Origin: a virus
Taxonomy: Duplodnaviria; Heunggongvirae; Uroviricota; Caudoviricetes
Direction: 5' to 3' (one strand)
Virus record (IMG/VR): IMGVR_UViG_3300036399_001023
Length of the DNA stretch: 48,906 nucleotides
The notes under the pieces were generated by a model that saw only the letters and a program-made list of their open reading frames with translations, had not been told where the DNA came from and ran no database searches. Made by a program: the position numbers and the translations under genes. Of the stretch, positions 36,921 through 45,230 are shown one piece after another. Position 1 is the stretch's first letter. Each line of letters starts with the position of its first letter.

Positions 36921-37155
36921 TGTCGTAGTTTAGTTGAAGGGTGAGCCAAAACTTTTCAGTTGGTTGTCCGAACACGTACTCAAGGCGCTCCGCTAGATGA
37001 GGGTCGATGCGAAGGTTCCCTTCCTCAAGTTCAAGAACTTCGGGTACGGTTAACCCTGTTTCTCCCGCAAAGTCGTGAAGAGAAATTCTACGCTCCAGAC
37101 GTAACTCCCTTACGATAGACCCTGGAGGTGAAGCCCAGTCTGGGTTGAATGACAT
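36889..37155 (-). CDS. HigA/VapI-family XRE HTH protein (orphan)
   Basis: PDWASPPGSIV..ISLHDFAGETG..LAERLEYVFG..FWLTLQLNYD; start moved to ATG 37155. Confidence 0.75.
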   Translation of the reverse strand: MSFNPDWASPPGSIVRELRLERRISLHDFAGETGLTVPEVLELEEGNLRIDPHLAERLEYVFGQPTEKFWLTLQLNYDNDLKRGRKHD

Positions 37156-37179
37156 TGGTTCTTCGAAGGTCACGTAAAT

Positions 37180-37207
37180 ACTATAGCGTTTTCCTTCTGG
37201 AAAACAA
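37180..37207 (-). promoter_or_regulatory. Sigma70-like early promoter TTGTTT-16-TATAGT
   Basis: Consensus-like hexamers upstream of the HigA-like gene. Confidence 0.55.
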
Positions 37208-37466
37208 ACGGGGAAACCGCCCAAGGCAAGGGGGCTAACCGCTCACCGCCCAACGGGGGTCAAGGTCAATCGTCAATTGAGACACCTTCAACAAGCCTGG
37301 AAAGGCGTTGAAACCGAGAAGAAGTGAGGGGCACAAGGCCTCCTTCGCACGACACGGACTCCAGTAGAAGACGGTCCAGGAAGTTTAACAGAGTCTCGCT
37401 GTCGTTGAAGGGGGTAGGTATCTGAGTCCGGGTTGTATGACATTGGTTTTCAGGATTTATGAGCGT

Positions 37467-37495
37467 ATTATAGCTGTTTTGCCCCAGCAAAGCAA
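37467..37495 (-). promoter_or_regulatory. Sigma70-like early promoter TTGCTT-17-TATAAT
   Basis: Near-consensus hexamers with 17-nt spacer. Confidence 0.7.
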
Positions 37496-37522
37496 GCCGG
37501 GGAACCACCCTAAGGCAACACT

Positions 37523-37708
37523 TTACCTTGTTGCAGTTGAAAGAAAGGGGTGCCCTTCATCAAGCGGTGTGTCATCCAAACAGGTGGACACTCCAAAGTG
37601 CGACACTCCAAAAAATTCCCCGTCTACCTCCACAGTAGCGTCCTTGTCCAGGTCATCGTTAGAAAAAGTCTGCAAACTTTCTAAAAGTTCTCGGAAAGTT
37701 AGTGTCAC
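37523..37708 (-). CDS. Small hypothetical phage protein
   Basis: 61 aa, coupled to the AAA gene. Confidence 0.6.
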   Translation of the reverse strand: MTLTFRELLESLQTFSNDDLDKDATVEVDGEFFGVSHFGVSTCLDDTPLDEGHPFLSTATR

Positions 37709-38274
37709 AGCGAGGGAGCCTCCTTAAAATGTAGCTCACCAAGATAGCTCAAAATCTCTGTGTCCCTGCGTTCGTCCGGTCCAGATATTGAGATTGGACG
37801 GAACCCACTGTACTTGCACAGATAGTCGTAGACAAACTCGTCAACTCTTTTGGCTTGGTCTTCGGTTTCGTAACGTCCGCGAGGGTCGAAGGGCTTGATG
37901 CGATTTAGGAAGAAATTCTTGTACGTTACACCCCTTTCCTCTGCGTGAGCCATGAAGGATTGAGCGGCGGAACTTACGTACGTGTCTTTGCCTTGAGACC
38001 GGTAGTCTTGGTAGATTCCTGCCAGAAGTATAGGGCTGTCGGTAACAATGTAGTCAACTTTGCCGTACAGCATGCTCTCATACGCGCTTTGCTTACCAAG
38101 GAGGTAAAGCTGGTCCCACTCGCGCACCTTGCGGTCGTTCCACGCCCAGTACTTCACATACTCTCTTACAAGTTCAACGTGAATGCCGGCCAGCTTCATT
38201 CTGGCGAAGAGGAGCGCAGCTGTGGTTGATTTTCCGCAACCGGACCCGCCGAAGAGGTTAATTACTGTTGTCAT
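37705..38274 (-). CDS. P-loop ATPase/kinase (NadR/Ttd14-like AAA)
   Basis: VINLFGGSGCGKSTT Walker A; ELVREYVK; VTDSPILL. Confidence 0.8.
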   Translation of the reverse strand: MTTVINLFGGSGCGKSTTAALLFARMKLAGIHVELVREYVKYWAWNDRKVREWDQLYLLGKQSAYESMLYGKVDYIVTDSPILLAGIYQDYRSQGKDTYVSSAAQSFMAHAEERGVTYKNFFLNRIKPFDPRGRYETEDQAKRVDEFVYDYLCKYSGFRPISISGPDERRDTEILSYLGELHFKEAPSL

Positions 38275-38401
38275 TTTGCTTTAATGGTGGTTTTGATTTA
38301 AGGCTCATAGGGATAAAGAAAGGGGGCCACAAACTTAGTATAGCGGTGTAGCTTCCTTGTAATTGACCTTCGTACGACGTTCCCTATGAGTGGAGGCTTG
38401 A

Positions 38402-39037
38402 TTAAACGTCCATATCGAGGAAGGATAGCTCATCAAGACCAATAAATTCCACACCTTTGTACACCGTATGGTGATTTAGATGCCAGTGGCCATGAATCCA
38501 AAGGTCCGGTTTATGAATCTCGAGCATGTTGTCGAAACACCTTCGTGTTACCGAAGGGATGTCAAATTTGTGCTTTCCTATTTTGTGACACACTAACGAA
38601 ATTACAGAGTCAGGACACTCATGCGTGACGACAACCTTCGGCTTCACAAGCTCGTACACGTCCATAATATTGCAGAGTTCACCGTAAGCCAGTTCTTCGT
38701 CGGGCCACCAGTCGTAGCGCTCGGTACGTCGGTCCCTATCGATGGAGTAAGCTCCACCCACACAAAAAATGTCGTCGCGACCGAACACCGATCCCCCGTC
38801 TTTCACCCAGTAGGGGTGTCTTTTGCAGGCACCGGGACTGTCGTGGTTTCCCCGTACGAAAAAGTGCTCACCTTTTGACATCGCGTCGTAGGGTGGGCTG
38901 CTGTATGGCTTCTCGGTCTTCGGGTCGATGAAACCCACACCGAAGTCCCCGACTTGAAGAGAGCGGTCGCAGCCTTTGATTAGCTTCTCATACTTCGACC
39001 ATTTGCCATGTACATCACCAATAAATCTGATTTTCAC
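38402..39037 (-). CDS. Calcineurin-like metallophosphoesterase
   Basis: IGDVHG, QVGDFG, RGNHD, THECP, HGHWH motifs. Confidence 0.88.
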   Translation of the reverse strand: MKIRFIGDVHGKWSKYEKLIKGCDRSLQVGDFGVGFIDPKTEKPYSSPPYDAMSKGEHFFVRGNHDSPGACKRHPYWVKDGGSVFGRDDIFCVGGAYSIDRDRRTERYDWWPDEELAYGELCNIMDVYELVKPKVVVTHECPDSVISLVCHKIGKHKFDIPSVTRRCFDNMLEIHKPDLWIHGHWHLNHHTVYKGVEFIGLDELSFLDMDV

Positions 39038-39267
39038 AGTGTTTCCCTAAACAAGTCAATCACTCTCTGTATCGCCTCAGATATTTCACCGGAGTCGTTA
39101 TCAATAACTCTCTGGTCAATCATCCAAGAAATGATATTGAAGATGTCTTTTTCAGTCGGTCCCTTCACCTGCGACTCTTTCAACGCTGCAAGTGCGAGGC
39201 ACGTTGTGGGGGACTCGTAGGGTATCTCGTCGAGTAGGGCAGCGCAAATGGCGCGGAAGTTTTCCAT
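39034..39267 (-). CDS. Small hypothetical protein
   Basis: 77 aa, directly after a promoter. Confidence 0.55.
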   Translation of the reverse strand: MENFRAICAALLDEIPYESPTTCLALAALKESQVKGPTEKDIFNIISWMIDQRVIDNDSGEISEAIQRVIDLFRETL

Positions 39268-39273
39268 ACATTT

Positions 39274-39302
39274 ACTATAGCGTTTTTGTCGCTATAAGGC
39301 AA
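39274..39302 (-). promoter_or_regulatory. Sigma70-like early promoter TTGCCT-17-TATAGT
   Basis: Hexamers seen; ATG of the next gene begins 7 nt after the -10 box. Confidence 0.7.
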
Positions 39303-39572
39303 GGGCCTAAACCGCCCCGCTCAGGGCGGTTATCCGCTTTTTCTAGCTGTAGGCCTGCCGCTACCATTCGCAGTGAGTGCTCGGCGTCAGCTACGGCTTG
39401 TTCATCAGGCGACGGCAGCTTTCGTTCCAGCAACTCGTCACCCCACTGCCATTTGGCCGCTTGTTCTGGGGGGGGGCGGTTTCTCTTTGGTTAGTCATTC
39501 TAACATGTGAACAATAAGGGTTGTTAAGTGACCAAGGAAGTGCCTGTACGACACTTCTTTTGCACTTTATTT

Positions 39573-40679
39573 CTATAGAACGTTTAGGTCAGGATACAGG
39601 CTCAAAAGTTCATCCTTTGACAGAACATCAAACTCGTCTTCGGGCTGCCAAATAACTTCCAGTGCCACCAGATCCTCGGGAGAGACAGATCCAAGTTTCA
39701 CAAGATTGGCGTTCAAGCTCTCATGCGAGTCAGACAGTTTGAGATCCAGCTTTTGGTCCGACGCCACAAGAACGCTCACAAGGATATACTCGTTCTCCCT
39801 TACGCCCCTTTGGGGTTTGACCTTACGCTCTGAGATGCTCCCGCCCACATTCGTGAGAACTTCCTCTGATGCCTTAGAGCGTTCTTCCATGGAAAGTTGG
39901 TCGAATCGGCTTTCTGCGTCGTCAGACGCCACCTGCTCAGTACTACTCCACGCGTAAACAACTTTGTCTGGGTGGCGAAGAAGGGCGAGGGAAGTTTCTT
40001 GCAGGATCTTCGAGAGACCCTCAGCACTGTCCGTGTCCCCTCGCCGAGCGAGTCGTATTAGGTCTGTTTGTAGGTCCTTTGCAGAGGCGAGCAAGGCCAC
40101 TCGCTGCCTCACCACGGTCGTCTTTCTAAGCTTGTCCCGCTGAGTACTCACCCATGGGCTCACAAAGTCGTCCCAACCCCCCGCCAGCAGAAAGATGGCC
40201 AAGCCTACTACGCCTAACACGGCAAGGATCCCAAAAAAGAATGCGGGACTTACAGGTATTTGAGGCACTGGTGCCACTTGCGACGAATAAAGTGGAGGAG
40301 CAACCGGATAGACGTTCGGTGTCATGTCCGGCATCACAATGATGTTCGTTCTGTTGCTCCTAGGGTTGCTGTAGGGTAGTGTTGTCCGGTACGGTATCGA
40401 AGGGCTACCACCGTAGTAGCTTGGACTTCTACTCAGCCCCGGTGCAGGGGTGCTTCTTAGCACCGGTGAGGGAGATGTCCTATAGCTTGGAGAGCTGGAG
40501 CGACTACTCCCGAAACTTGGGGACCGAGATGGTCGGCTATAGCTAGACGAACTGCGAAAGCTCCGTCCGCTTATTCGTCCGGCTGACGCTGCGAGTGCTG
40601 GTGTTGCCGAGAGCAGGGTTGCTAAGGCGAAAGTCAAAGCCAAGACAGTTGCTGCGGTTGCTGCGGTTTTTGTTTTCAT
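39573..40679 (-). CDS. DUF1517-family membrane protein (FLAP1/FlpA-like)
   Basis: Signal peptide, AASAGRISGRSF Ser/Gly-rich region, TM helix, ETSLALLRHP, EYILVSVLVA, LEVIWQP..ELLSLYPDL C-terminus. Confidence 0.85.
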   Translation of the reverse strand: MKTKTAATAATVLALTFALATLLSATPALAASAGRISGRSFRSSSSYSRPSRSPSFGSSRSSSPSYRTSPSPVLRSTPAPGLSRSPSYYGGSPSIPYRTTLPYSNPRSNRTNIIVMPDMTPNVYPVAPPLYSSQVAPVPQIPVSPAFFFGILAVLGVVGLAIFLLAGGWDDFVSPWVSTQRDKLRKTTVVRQRVALLASAKDLQTDLIRLARRGDTDSAEGLSKILQETSLALLRHPDKVVYAWSSTEQVASDDAESRFDQLSMEERSKASEEVLTNVGGSISERKVKPQRGVRENEYILVSVLVASDQKLDLKLSDSHESLNANLVKLGSVSPEDLVALEVIWQPEDEFDVLSKDELLSLYPDLNVL

Positions 40680-40756
40680 TGTGTTGAAGTAGTGTTACCT
40701 AGAAAATGCTAGGCGAAATGTTATGGGACAATCTTCCTTAATACCTGGGGGATCGC

Positions 40757-41533
40757 TCATACAGCCTCCCACTCGTTCGCCTTGAATTTCGGTCGCCACC
40801 AGTTTCGAACTTTACCGGCTTTGTCGATAGACAAGATAATGTAGTCGCCGAACCCCGCGCCACCTTTGCACAAATACTCGTCAGGAACGTAATCCCCACG
40901 GTACTTAAATAAGCGGTGCTCCGAGTCTCTGAGCCAGTACTCACCTTGGTCGCACACTTTGTAGTAAATTTCGGCGGTGACTCCGTAGGGCCACTCCATC
41001 ACCTGACCGTCTTTCAGGCGAATTGTTGGAGTCCAACATTTACCGGTCCTTAAGGGGATGAGTGTCCCCTCTTTATCAATCGTCTCATTGACTGTCGCGT
41101 CTTCCCAGTACCGCACTTCTGCGGATAGCTCAAGATACTCTAGTTTTGGAGTATTAGTGCCGGAGAGGCTAACCGTGCTCTTAGAACTCGACATGTCCGG
41201 GAACCAAGTGTCTTTTCGGCTAGAGTATACGGCGGTGTCGTCTTCGGTGAAAGACCTCTTTCGGCCAAACTTGTAGACCTCCACTTGGTCCTTCGTAAAG
41301 ACATAGCAAAAGTCGGTAGATGCGCTGGTTTTCCATTTCCAGGGCCAACCCTCTTCAGGAGAGTGAAAGTCTTCCCGTTTGGCTATGCGCCTGATTTTGG
41401 ACCGGAACTCGTGCGCGGAGGTGACGAACGTGATTTCCGGACAAATAGTTTCAAGAACACCACCGTCGGAGGAAATAGACCCGAGCCACTCAATGGACTT
41501 CGAAAGTCGAACGTAAAAGTCTGCCGGTTGCAT
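40757..41533 (-). CDS. Hypothetical protein, apparently two domains
   Basis: 258 aa downstream of a promoter. Confidence 0.6.
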   Translation of the reverse strand: MQPADFYVRLSKSIEWLGSISSDGGVLETICPEITFVTSAHEFRSKIRRIAKREDFHSPEEGWPWKWKTSASTDFCYVFTKDQVEVYKFGRKRSFTEDDTAVYSSRKDTWFPDMSSSKSTVSLSGTNTPKLEYLELSAEVRYWEDATVNETIDKEGTLIPLRTGKCWTPTIRLKDGQVMEWPYGVTAEIYYKVCDQGEYWLRDSEHRLFKYRGDYVPDEYLCKGGAGFGDYIILSIDKAGKVRNWWRPKFKANEWEAV

Positions 41534-41569
41534 GTTAAAAGTTGAGTCTGCACGAGTACGTATAAGGTA

Positions 41570-41598
41570 ACTATACCGCTTTCCTCTCGGAAAGGCAA
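41570..41598 (-). promoter_or_regulatory. Sigma70-like early promoter TTGCCT-17-TATAGT
   Basis: Same hexamers and spacing as the 39.3-kb promoter. Confidence 0.72.
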
Positions 41599-41626
41599 GG
41601 CGGGGAAACCGCCCCAGAGCAGCCGG

Positions 41627-41860
41627 TTAACCGTACCCCTCCAACTCAGTAGCAATCGCGTACAACTTCTCTTGGTAGTGCCCGTGTGCGCCAAGCGGTG
41701 TAAGTCCTAGTTCACCTCTAAATTCAATCTGCGTTATCAGTTCTCGAAGGAACGCAGCCAGTGCTTCACCGGTGTCTTCAAAAACTCCGATGCGGTCTGC
41801 AACGTCGCAGTAGGCGTTCCATGCGGCTTCGGCTTCAGGGCTGAGTTTGTGCTTAGTCAT
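41627..41860 (-). CDS. Small hypothetical protein (LSPEAEA..IATELEG family)
   Basis: 77 aa; resembles 42917..43159. Confidence 0.6.
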   Translation of the reverse strand: MTKHKLSPEAEAAWNAYCDVADRIGVFEDTGEALAAFLRELITQIEFRGELGLTPLGAHGHYQEKLYAIATELEGYG

Positions 41861-41937
41861 TTATCCCTAAAAGGTTAATAATTAGTATGGACAGCAAGAA
41901 ACAACTGGCAATCGTGCCCAGGGTTGAGTACAAAATT

Positions 41938-42297
41938 TCAAACATTGTTGCCTGGCAGTTGTTTCATGGCCCTCTCAGTAGAAAAATTGTGTAAAGCCAG
42001 TGACACCTCGTCTCCAATGGCGTCCTCTATGTCATTGAAGCAGGAACCAGCGTAGGTTCGCCACGACTGAGTCTCTTCGTCAAAGTCTTCCAACCGGGTC
42101 TCCACGATTGTTCGGTACGGTTCGTAAATCTCGAGGATCGTGTCAAATTGCGCCTGGGACAAGCTCACCCTATATGTGTTTATCCCGAGTGCTTCAGCAA
42201 TCTGAAGAGACGCGTTTGCATTGGGGTACCCAATAACGACAAGGTTATGGTTCCACATTACGTAGGACTCAAGGGTGAGACCAGGGATGCTACTCAT
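41938..42297 (-). CDS. Hypothetical protein
   Basis: 119 aa. Confidence 0.55.
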   Translation of the reverse strand: MSSIPGLTLESYVMWNHNLVVIGYPNANASLQIAEALGINTYRVSLSQAQFDTILEIYEPYRTIVETRLEDFDEETQSWRTYAGSCFNDIEDAIGDEVSLALHNFSTERAMKQLPGNNV

Positions 42298-42302
42298 TTA
42301 CT

Positions 42303-42533
42303 TCACCATTCATCAACAGGAATGTCATCGACGGGTAGTATGCGTAAGTGACGCACGGTGGGGTACTTCTCGGGAAGCCCCCTAGTTGCTCCGCAGGTTG
42401 AGCACCTGTGCGGGTATTGTAGGGGTTCAGTTAGCCAGGCAACGGTGCCGTAAGGCTGCATTGTTCCACTTTCACACTCGTCGCATTCATACTCAACCCC
42501 AACTACTTGTAGCGGAAAAGTTTTCTCAGCCAT
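42303..42533 (-). CDS. Small zinc-ribbon protein
   Basis: CDEC and CSTC pairs. Confidence 0.6.
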   Translation of the reverse strand: MAEKTFPLQVVGVEYECDECESGTMQPYGTVAWLTEPLQYPHRCSTCGATRGLPEKYPTVRHLRILPVDDIPVDEW

Positions 42534-42650
42534 TGTGCCCCCGAATGCTAGCTTTCTTTTGTGCTGCTGCGTAAACTTCCGCGGTTACCATTATCTTATG
42601 TTAGTGTGTTTGAGTCATAGGAGGAGTCTGTGTCAGCGGAATTGCTGGAC

Positions 42651-42673
42651 AAAAAAGCCCCCGTTAAGGGGTT
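42651..42673 (-). terminator. Possible weak intrinsic terminator
   Basis: CCCC/GGGG stem followed by U6 on the - strand. Confidence 0.4.
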
Positions 42674-42684
42674 AGTGTTTTAGC

Positions 42685-42924
42685 TCATTCAGCTGAACTA
42701 AATGAATTAAGGTAGTCAATCACTTTGTTGGTGACGATTACCCGAGCAAGCTCGTCGCTTGCCGTGGTGTCGGCATCACTTTCGTGGTACCGTTGTAACT
42801 CTTCGACCGTAGTCAAAAATAAAGACTGTAAAGTCTCTTCTAGTTCGTTAAGCCAGACCTCAGGTACTCCTGTTTGTTCAGTTTCTTGAACCAGTGAAAA
42901 CCTAGAGATTTGAGTTTTAATCAT
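42685..42924 (-). CDS. Hypothetical protein (MIKTQ...)
   Basis: ATG 42924 overlaps the upstream stop. Confidence 0.55.
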   Translation of the reverse strand: MIKTQISRFSLVQETEQTGVPEVWLNELEETLQSLFLTTVEELQRYHESDADTTASDELARVIVTNKVIDYLNSFSSAE

Positions 42925-43159
42925 TGTTTGAAGGTGTAATGAGAGACGTTGACCCCTCAAGTTCGATGGCAAGAGATCTTAGTTTCCCCTGGCGAATTGT
43001 CTTTAACCCGAACACAAGGTCGGGCTCGCACAGCTCAGCAATTGCGCGGAGTACGGCGGCAATCTTTACACGACGATTCACCAGCTCATGGTACCCGTTA
43101 AAAGCATCGTCTATTGACTGTGCATCAGGACTTAGGCTCTCAGATGACTCAGTAGGCAT
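42917..43159 (-). CDS. Small hypothetical protein (LSPDAQ..LAIELEG family)
   Basis: 80 aa; resembles 41627..41860. Confidence 0.6.
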   Translation of the reverse strand: MPTESSESLSPDAQSIDDAFNGYHELVNRRVKIAAVLRAIAELCEPDLVFGLKTIRQGKLRSLAIELEGSTSLITPSNND

Positions 43160-43436
43160 TCTCGTCTCCGATTAGATTTACAAGTTCCTGAATAGTCATT
43201 TTGCGAAGGTCTTCGATCATGATCATGGCTTCTGTTGCCATCTTCAGTCCAAAGGAGTAACCTTGCTCATAACCTTCTCTTCCTGCTTCGTTATACGCCC
43301 CGTGCCACTCTAAGTTTTTTTGTCTTAAGTGTCTGTGACTCTCAATTAGAGATGCAACAGTAAGTGGTTCCAGGGGTGTATATTCTCCGTGAATTTCGGA
43401 GTCGTAGTCAGCAAGGAGCTTGTCGTCGTCAGTCAT
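43149..43436 (-). CDS. Hypothetical protein
   Basis: ATG 43436 overlaps the upstream stop. Confidence 0.55.
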   Translation of the reverse strand: MTDDDKLLADYDSEIHGEYTPLEPLTVASLIESHRHLRQKNLEWHGAYNEAGREGYEQGYSFGLKMATEAMIMIEDLRKMTIQELVNLIGDENAY

Positions 43437-43629
43437 TTTGTTCGTGCCTATAAGAGTCATCTTGGTCCAGCCTCGCCTCTAGCTTAGCGATCTTTTCGTA
43501 AAGGTCTACAATGGTGTCAATTAGGTCTTCGTAACACAGAGTCGGAGACTCTCTGTCTTCTGAATGCTTGGTGTAACACGTTTGCCACTCTTCGGGCTTT
43601 GTGTAATAGCTGTAAGGGTGTAGTGTCAT
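43429..43629 (-). CDS. Small hypothetical protein
   Basis: 66 aa. Confidence 0.55.
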   Translation of the reverse strand: MTLHPYSYYTKPEEWQTCYTKHSEDRESPTLCYEDLIDTIVDLYEKIAKLEARLDQDDSYRHEQND

Positions 43630-43651
43630 TAAGCTTCCATTTGGTTTTAAA

Positions 43652-43945
43652 CTAGTCTAGGGTCGTTAAAAGATCCAGTGAGGATAAAACAACTTCTAAG
43701 GCTCTTTTGTCGCCAATACAGTTCTCAATTAAATTAGCCAGTTGGTCACGAGTTAAGCCAGGTGGGGATTCCCTTATCATTAGAACCGCAAGGGCTAATC
43801 CCTCGTCCAAAGCTGCTAAGGTTTCCTGTTTCAGGATGGCCCTTAAAAAGCTCTCTTGCTCAAGGGTGAATTCCTGAACCAACCTAAGATCAACCTTCTC
43901 CCCAATCTCTTTAATACACTGAAGGGTCTTTTCATCGTAAGTCAT
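43652..43945 (-). CDS. Hypothetical protein
   Basis: 97 aa, ATGA overlap. Confidence 0.55.
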   Translation of the reverse strand: MTYDEKTLQCIKEIGEKVDLRLVQEFTLEQESFLRAILKQETLAALDEGLALAVLMIRESPPGLTRDQLANLIENCIGDKRALEVVLSSLDLLTTLD

Positions 43946-44457
43946 TGGTTTCGGTTTGTAAGTGATTTGAGTGGTCTTAAGGCAAGCCCAAAAATGTTCT
44001 TAAGGCGCCCAGCAAGTTTTGAGAGGGGTGATACTTCTGTAGTAGGGTAGGGAATGAAAGAACCTGTGTCCAGCCACCTTTGCAAAACAGTAACCAGGGA
44101 CTGAACCTGTTCTTCCCCAAGGTGCATTCTATCTTCCCCTTGGCCCAACCAAACCGCAGACGTCCCTGGCTCCCAATAAACGGCAAGGGAGCTTTGTTGC
44201 AGGCTGCACTCCTTGTTGTATAGATCTTGAAAGTCAATGACCTCAAATCCCCTCTCGGTGCGGGTCACCAACCCAAGTTCCCCGGTGAGTTCGAGATCTT
44301 CCATTGCTTCCTCAAAGGAATATGTTTTTTCTTCTCCGGACTCAACACGCTTTGCTATGGCAATGGCATCGAGAACGTCCTCGTCACTCCAATTCGTGTC
44401 CTGGAACCAGTTCTGGTAGTAGCTCTGGATTCTCGCTATCAAAGTTCGGTTAATCAT
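43942..44457 (-). CDS. Two-part protein: RelB/StbD-like antitoxin motif plus conserved phage domain
   Basis: EDVLDAIAIAKRVESGEEKTYSFEEAMEDLEL, then RTERGF..CSLQQSSLA..VWLG..RMHL. Confidence 0.5.
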   Translation of the reverse strand: MINRTLIARIQSYYQNWFQDTNWSDEDVLDAIAIAKRVESGEEKTYSFEEAMEDLELTGELGLVTRTERGFEVIDFQDLYNKECSLQQSSLAVYWEPGTSAVWLGQGEDRMHLGEEQVQSLVTVLQRWLDTGSFIPYPTTEVSPLSKLAGRLKNIFGLALRPLKSLTNRNQ

Positions 44458-44677
44458 TCTCGTTGATTTCGCTCAGTGTTTGTTTTTTCGAGGTGCTCCG
44501 GTCGTATCGCTTACCAACCCAGTGTGGGCAGCTGTGACCCCAGTCGGGCTTTGTGCGTGTGTCGAGAAACTCACACAGTCCTGAGGCTAATTCACCTCCT
44601 TTACCGCCGTTTTCTGCCACAAGGGGATCTTTTTTCCACTTGGTGTAGCAGGCACAGGATCCACAGCTTTTGCTCAT
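44450..44677 (-). CDS. Small Cys-rich protein
   Basis: CGSC..LC..C motif; ATG 44677. Confidence 0.55.
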   Translation of the reverse strand: MSKSCGSCACYTKWKKDPLVAENGGKGGELASGLCEFLDTRTKPDWGHSCPHWVGKRYDRSTSKKQTLSEINEND

Positions 44678-44714
44678 TGCTTCGCCCCCCAACGTGTTAG
44701 GCCATCTTTCACTA

Positions 44715-44743
44715 AGTATGCCGGTTTTCACCAGGGAAGTAAA
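44715..44743 (-). promoter_or_regulatory. Sigma70-like early promoter TTTACT-17-CATACT
   Basis: Spacing and upstream GGCGG-GAAA-CCGTC hairpin match the other early promoters. Confidence 0.55.
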
Positions 44744-44803
44744 GGCGGGAAACCGTCTCGAAGCAAACGGTCAACCGTACTTTACACAGGGAAGGACACA
44801 GAA

Positions 44804-45187
44804 CTATTCCAGTGGCGCAAAGTTTCGAGGTAGGACTGAATTGGGGGACGACAGCAAAAGACGGTACATTTCTTCTTCGAGCCCCCTTGTGATATCCTTA
44901 GCGATCGACTCGGCAAGCTTTGCAATAGCCTCTGCGCTCTTCTCACACCGTCCATTTTTGTACTCCGATAAAATGGTTGAGAAAGTTGTAGATCGTGTGA
45001 ATTTCTTTCCATTTAGGGTCCACCCTGCTTCTAGGGTGGTTTCCCTGGAAAGAGGATCTAAGTACCCCTCAACTCCAACACTCAGTGAGTTTTCGGGGGC
45101 AGCGACACCTTTCGTGTGCAAGGTTCGAAAGTGGTCAGAAAGCTCTTGCCATTCTTGGAGTTGCTGTAGAGGTGTTTTTTCGTTCAT
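44804..45187 (-). CDS. Hypothetical protein
   Basis: 127 aa. Confidence 0.55.
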   Translation of the reverse strand: MNEKTPLQQLQEWQELSDHFRTLHTKGVAAPENSLSVGVEGYLDPLSRETTLEAGWTLNGKKFTRSTTFSTILSEYKNGRCEKSAEAIAKLAESIAKDITRGLEEEMYRLLLSSPNSVLPRNFAPLE

Positions 45188-45230
45188 CTTATATGGTGTA
45201 AATTTAGGGGGATCGAAGCCTATCCACGTA

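Noticed and set aside
38339-38365. Possible early promoter (TATACT) upstream of the AAA gene
   Set aside because: No acceptable -35 hexamer at 16-18 nt spacing
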